Shown here: positions 62,401-64,000 of the stretch, one piece after another | Layout: every line of letters starts with the position of its first letter | How positions within the stretch are numbered: position 1 is the stretch's first letter | Assembly: GCA_964016885.1 (NCBI GenBank) | Contig: OZ024740.1 | Location: forward strand, 130,138,001-130,202,000 | Origin: Eledone cirrhosa | Taxonomy: Eukaryota | DNA length: 64,000 nucleotides | Reading direction: 5' to 3' | Translations under genes and position numbers: made by a program | Notes under the pieces: generated by a model | Told to the model about the DNA's origin: nothing | Database searches by the model: none | Seen by the model: the letters and a program-made list of their open reading frames with translations, nothing else

Positions 62401-64000
62401 TAACAGAATTAATATACGCCAGCATCGAGAGCAAATACGTGGCTGTCATAATTGATATAGAGAAATTTGAATAGAACATTCGGGGAAAGAATTTATTGTG
62501 AAATCTGTTAACTATTTACTGTAACAAATCAATAAAAATAACTGCTTGAAAATATTTTGGGTATGCAACAATTCACTTGGAAATGCTTGAATTTCTACAC
62601 GCAATTTAAACAAAAAGCAAGAAAACAATTAAATCTCCTTATGACCTTTAAAATGACATTTTCCAAAATAAAACAGATACTAGAAAAAAAACTAACATAA
62701 TATATCATGAATGCAACAGTGTTTAATACGCGAGTGAAACAGCTGAAATACGACTAAATAAATTGTCAGAATACACACAACAATGTGCTGACGACTATTC
62801 GAATATTGGACAATTATTTGCAAAACTTTATTGAAAAATTCATATTACTTCCAGAAACACAGATTTTCAGATTTTTATCAATAATCAGAATGAATCCTAT
62901 CCGTTCACCTTATGGTGCAAAGGAAAATATAAGGTATTAATTTTTACTAAAGGTCTTTCGTTGTGCTTGGGATAATCAGCAATTTTGAGTGCATGATAAA
63001 ACATGTATTATATCAAACAAGCATCAATTAGTACATAACATATAATACGTCAGCTCCACTAACGCACGCTTATTTAAACCTCGGTCCACTCTATTTTCGT
63101 ACATTAGCGACAAATATCTAAACCAAAGTAGACTGCTCACCCATATTTCCAAGCATCAGGCTGCATCAAAGTGAAGCCGTTATTAATTTTACTATTACTC
63201 TAAACTTAGGATAGAACATTATTTGCCATCAAATTCTCGATTTTAACCTAGTGTATGGCAAGGAAAGTTTCCTGAAAAAGAAATGCAGTTGATATATCCT
63301 TTAAAACACTTATCGTCAAACTAAACCCGAGAAATGTACGCCCAGGAAATACATTCAAGTTTATATAGAAAATCAGTGGGTAAAACGTCGTCACGAACAG
63401 CGTTGTATTTGAACAAAAAATATTTTATAAATAAATAAGTTATTTCTTCAATAGCAGAAAGATGATGAATTCTAACAAATTCAATGGACGTTAAAAATAT
63501 GTCTATCTTCAGTGTAAGATTAAGAACAAGGTATTTATCACTCGGGTAAACGTTTCGATATGTGATCATTGTTCTGGTGTCATAACATATTCATAATATC
63601 AGGGTAGATAGTGGATTATATTATTCCTATGTTGAAGCCGTTGAAGAAAGTGTATGGACATTTTCTGTGTTTATCACGATTACATTTTATAATCAGATAT
63701 CCCTTATTTAGGAATATTTTGTCGCTCAGATTTTTACATCTTATGTTTTTGTCGCAATTAAATAATAACAAGGATAATGATAATGGTTTCTTTATTAGCC
63801 ACAATGGGTTTACATTAAGATGATAATAAAGACGGTGCAGGACGGTACATTAGCATTTTGTGTTTGTTTGAGAGAATATTTCATATATAATATAAAAAAT
63901 AAACATTTAAAAATTATAAATTAAAAAAATCCCTCAAAAGTAGGGATAACTCCGAGGCTTTAATCATGAAGAACATCACAAAACGACATGCTAACATTGA

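Overview
AT-rich, microsatellite-dense animal genomic DNA with no recognisable host exon; the tRNA-SINE family suggests a mollusc, probably an octopod (inference). The window is dominated by Penelope-like retroelements (PLEs) inserted into (TA)n tracts. One near-intact young GIY-YIG PLE (about 49594-56790) forms a 2.7-kb-arm inverted repeat and has three ORFs joined by an ATGA stop-start overlap and a candidate -1 frameshift heptamer TTTTTTA. There are three large decayed Hydra-type PLEs and several smaller fragments. Reading both strands reveals about 19 type I hammerhead ribozyme motifs from at least 8 sequence families. These include a 312-bp retrozyme-like tandem/inverted array (1584-2793), a perfect solo hammerhead in a long hairpin (42840-42931) and a family with a compensatory U3-A8 catalytic core. 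Also present: tRNA-SINEs, RTE LINE remnants, a non-autonomous Helitron, fold-back palindromes and a templated insertion. Most short ORFs in the supplied track are microsatellite or antisense artefacts. All alignments and folds were done by eye.
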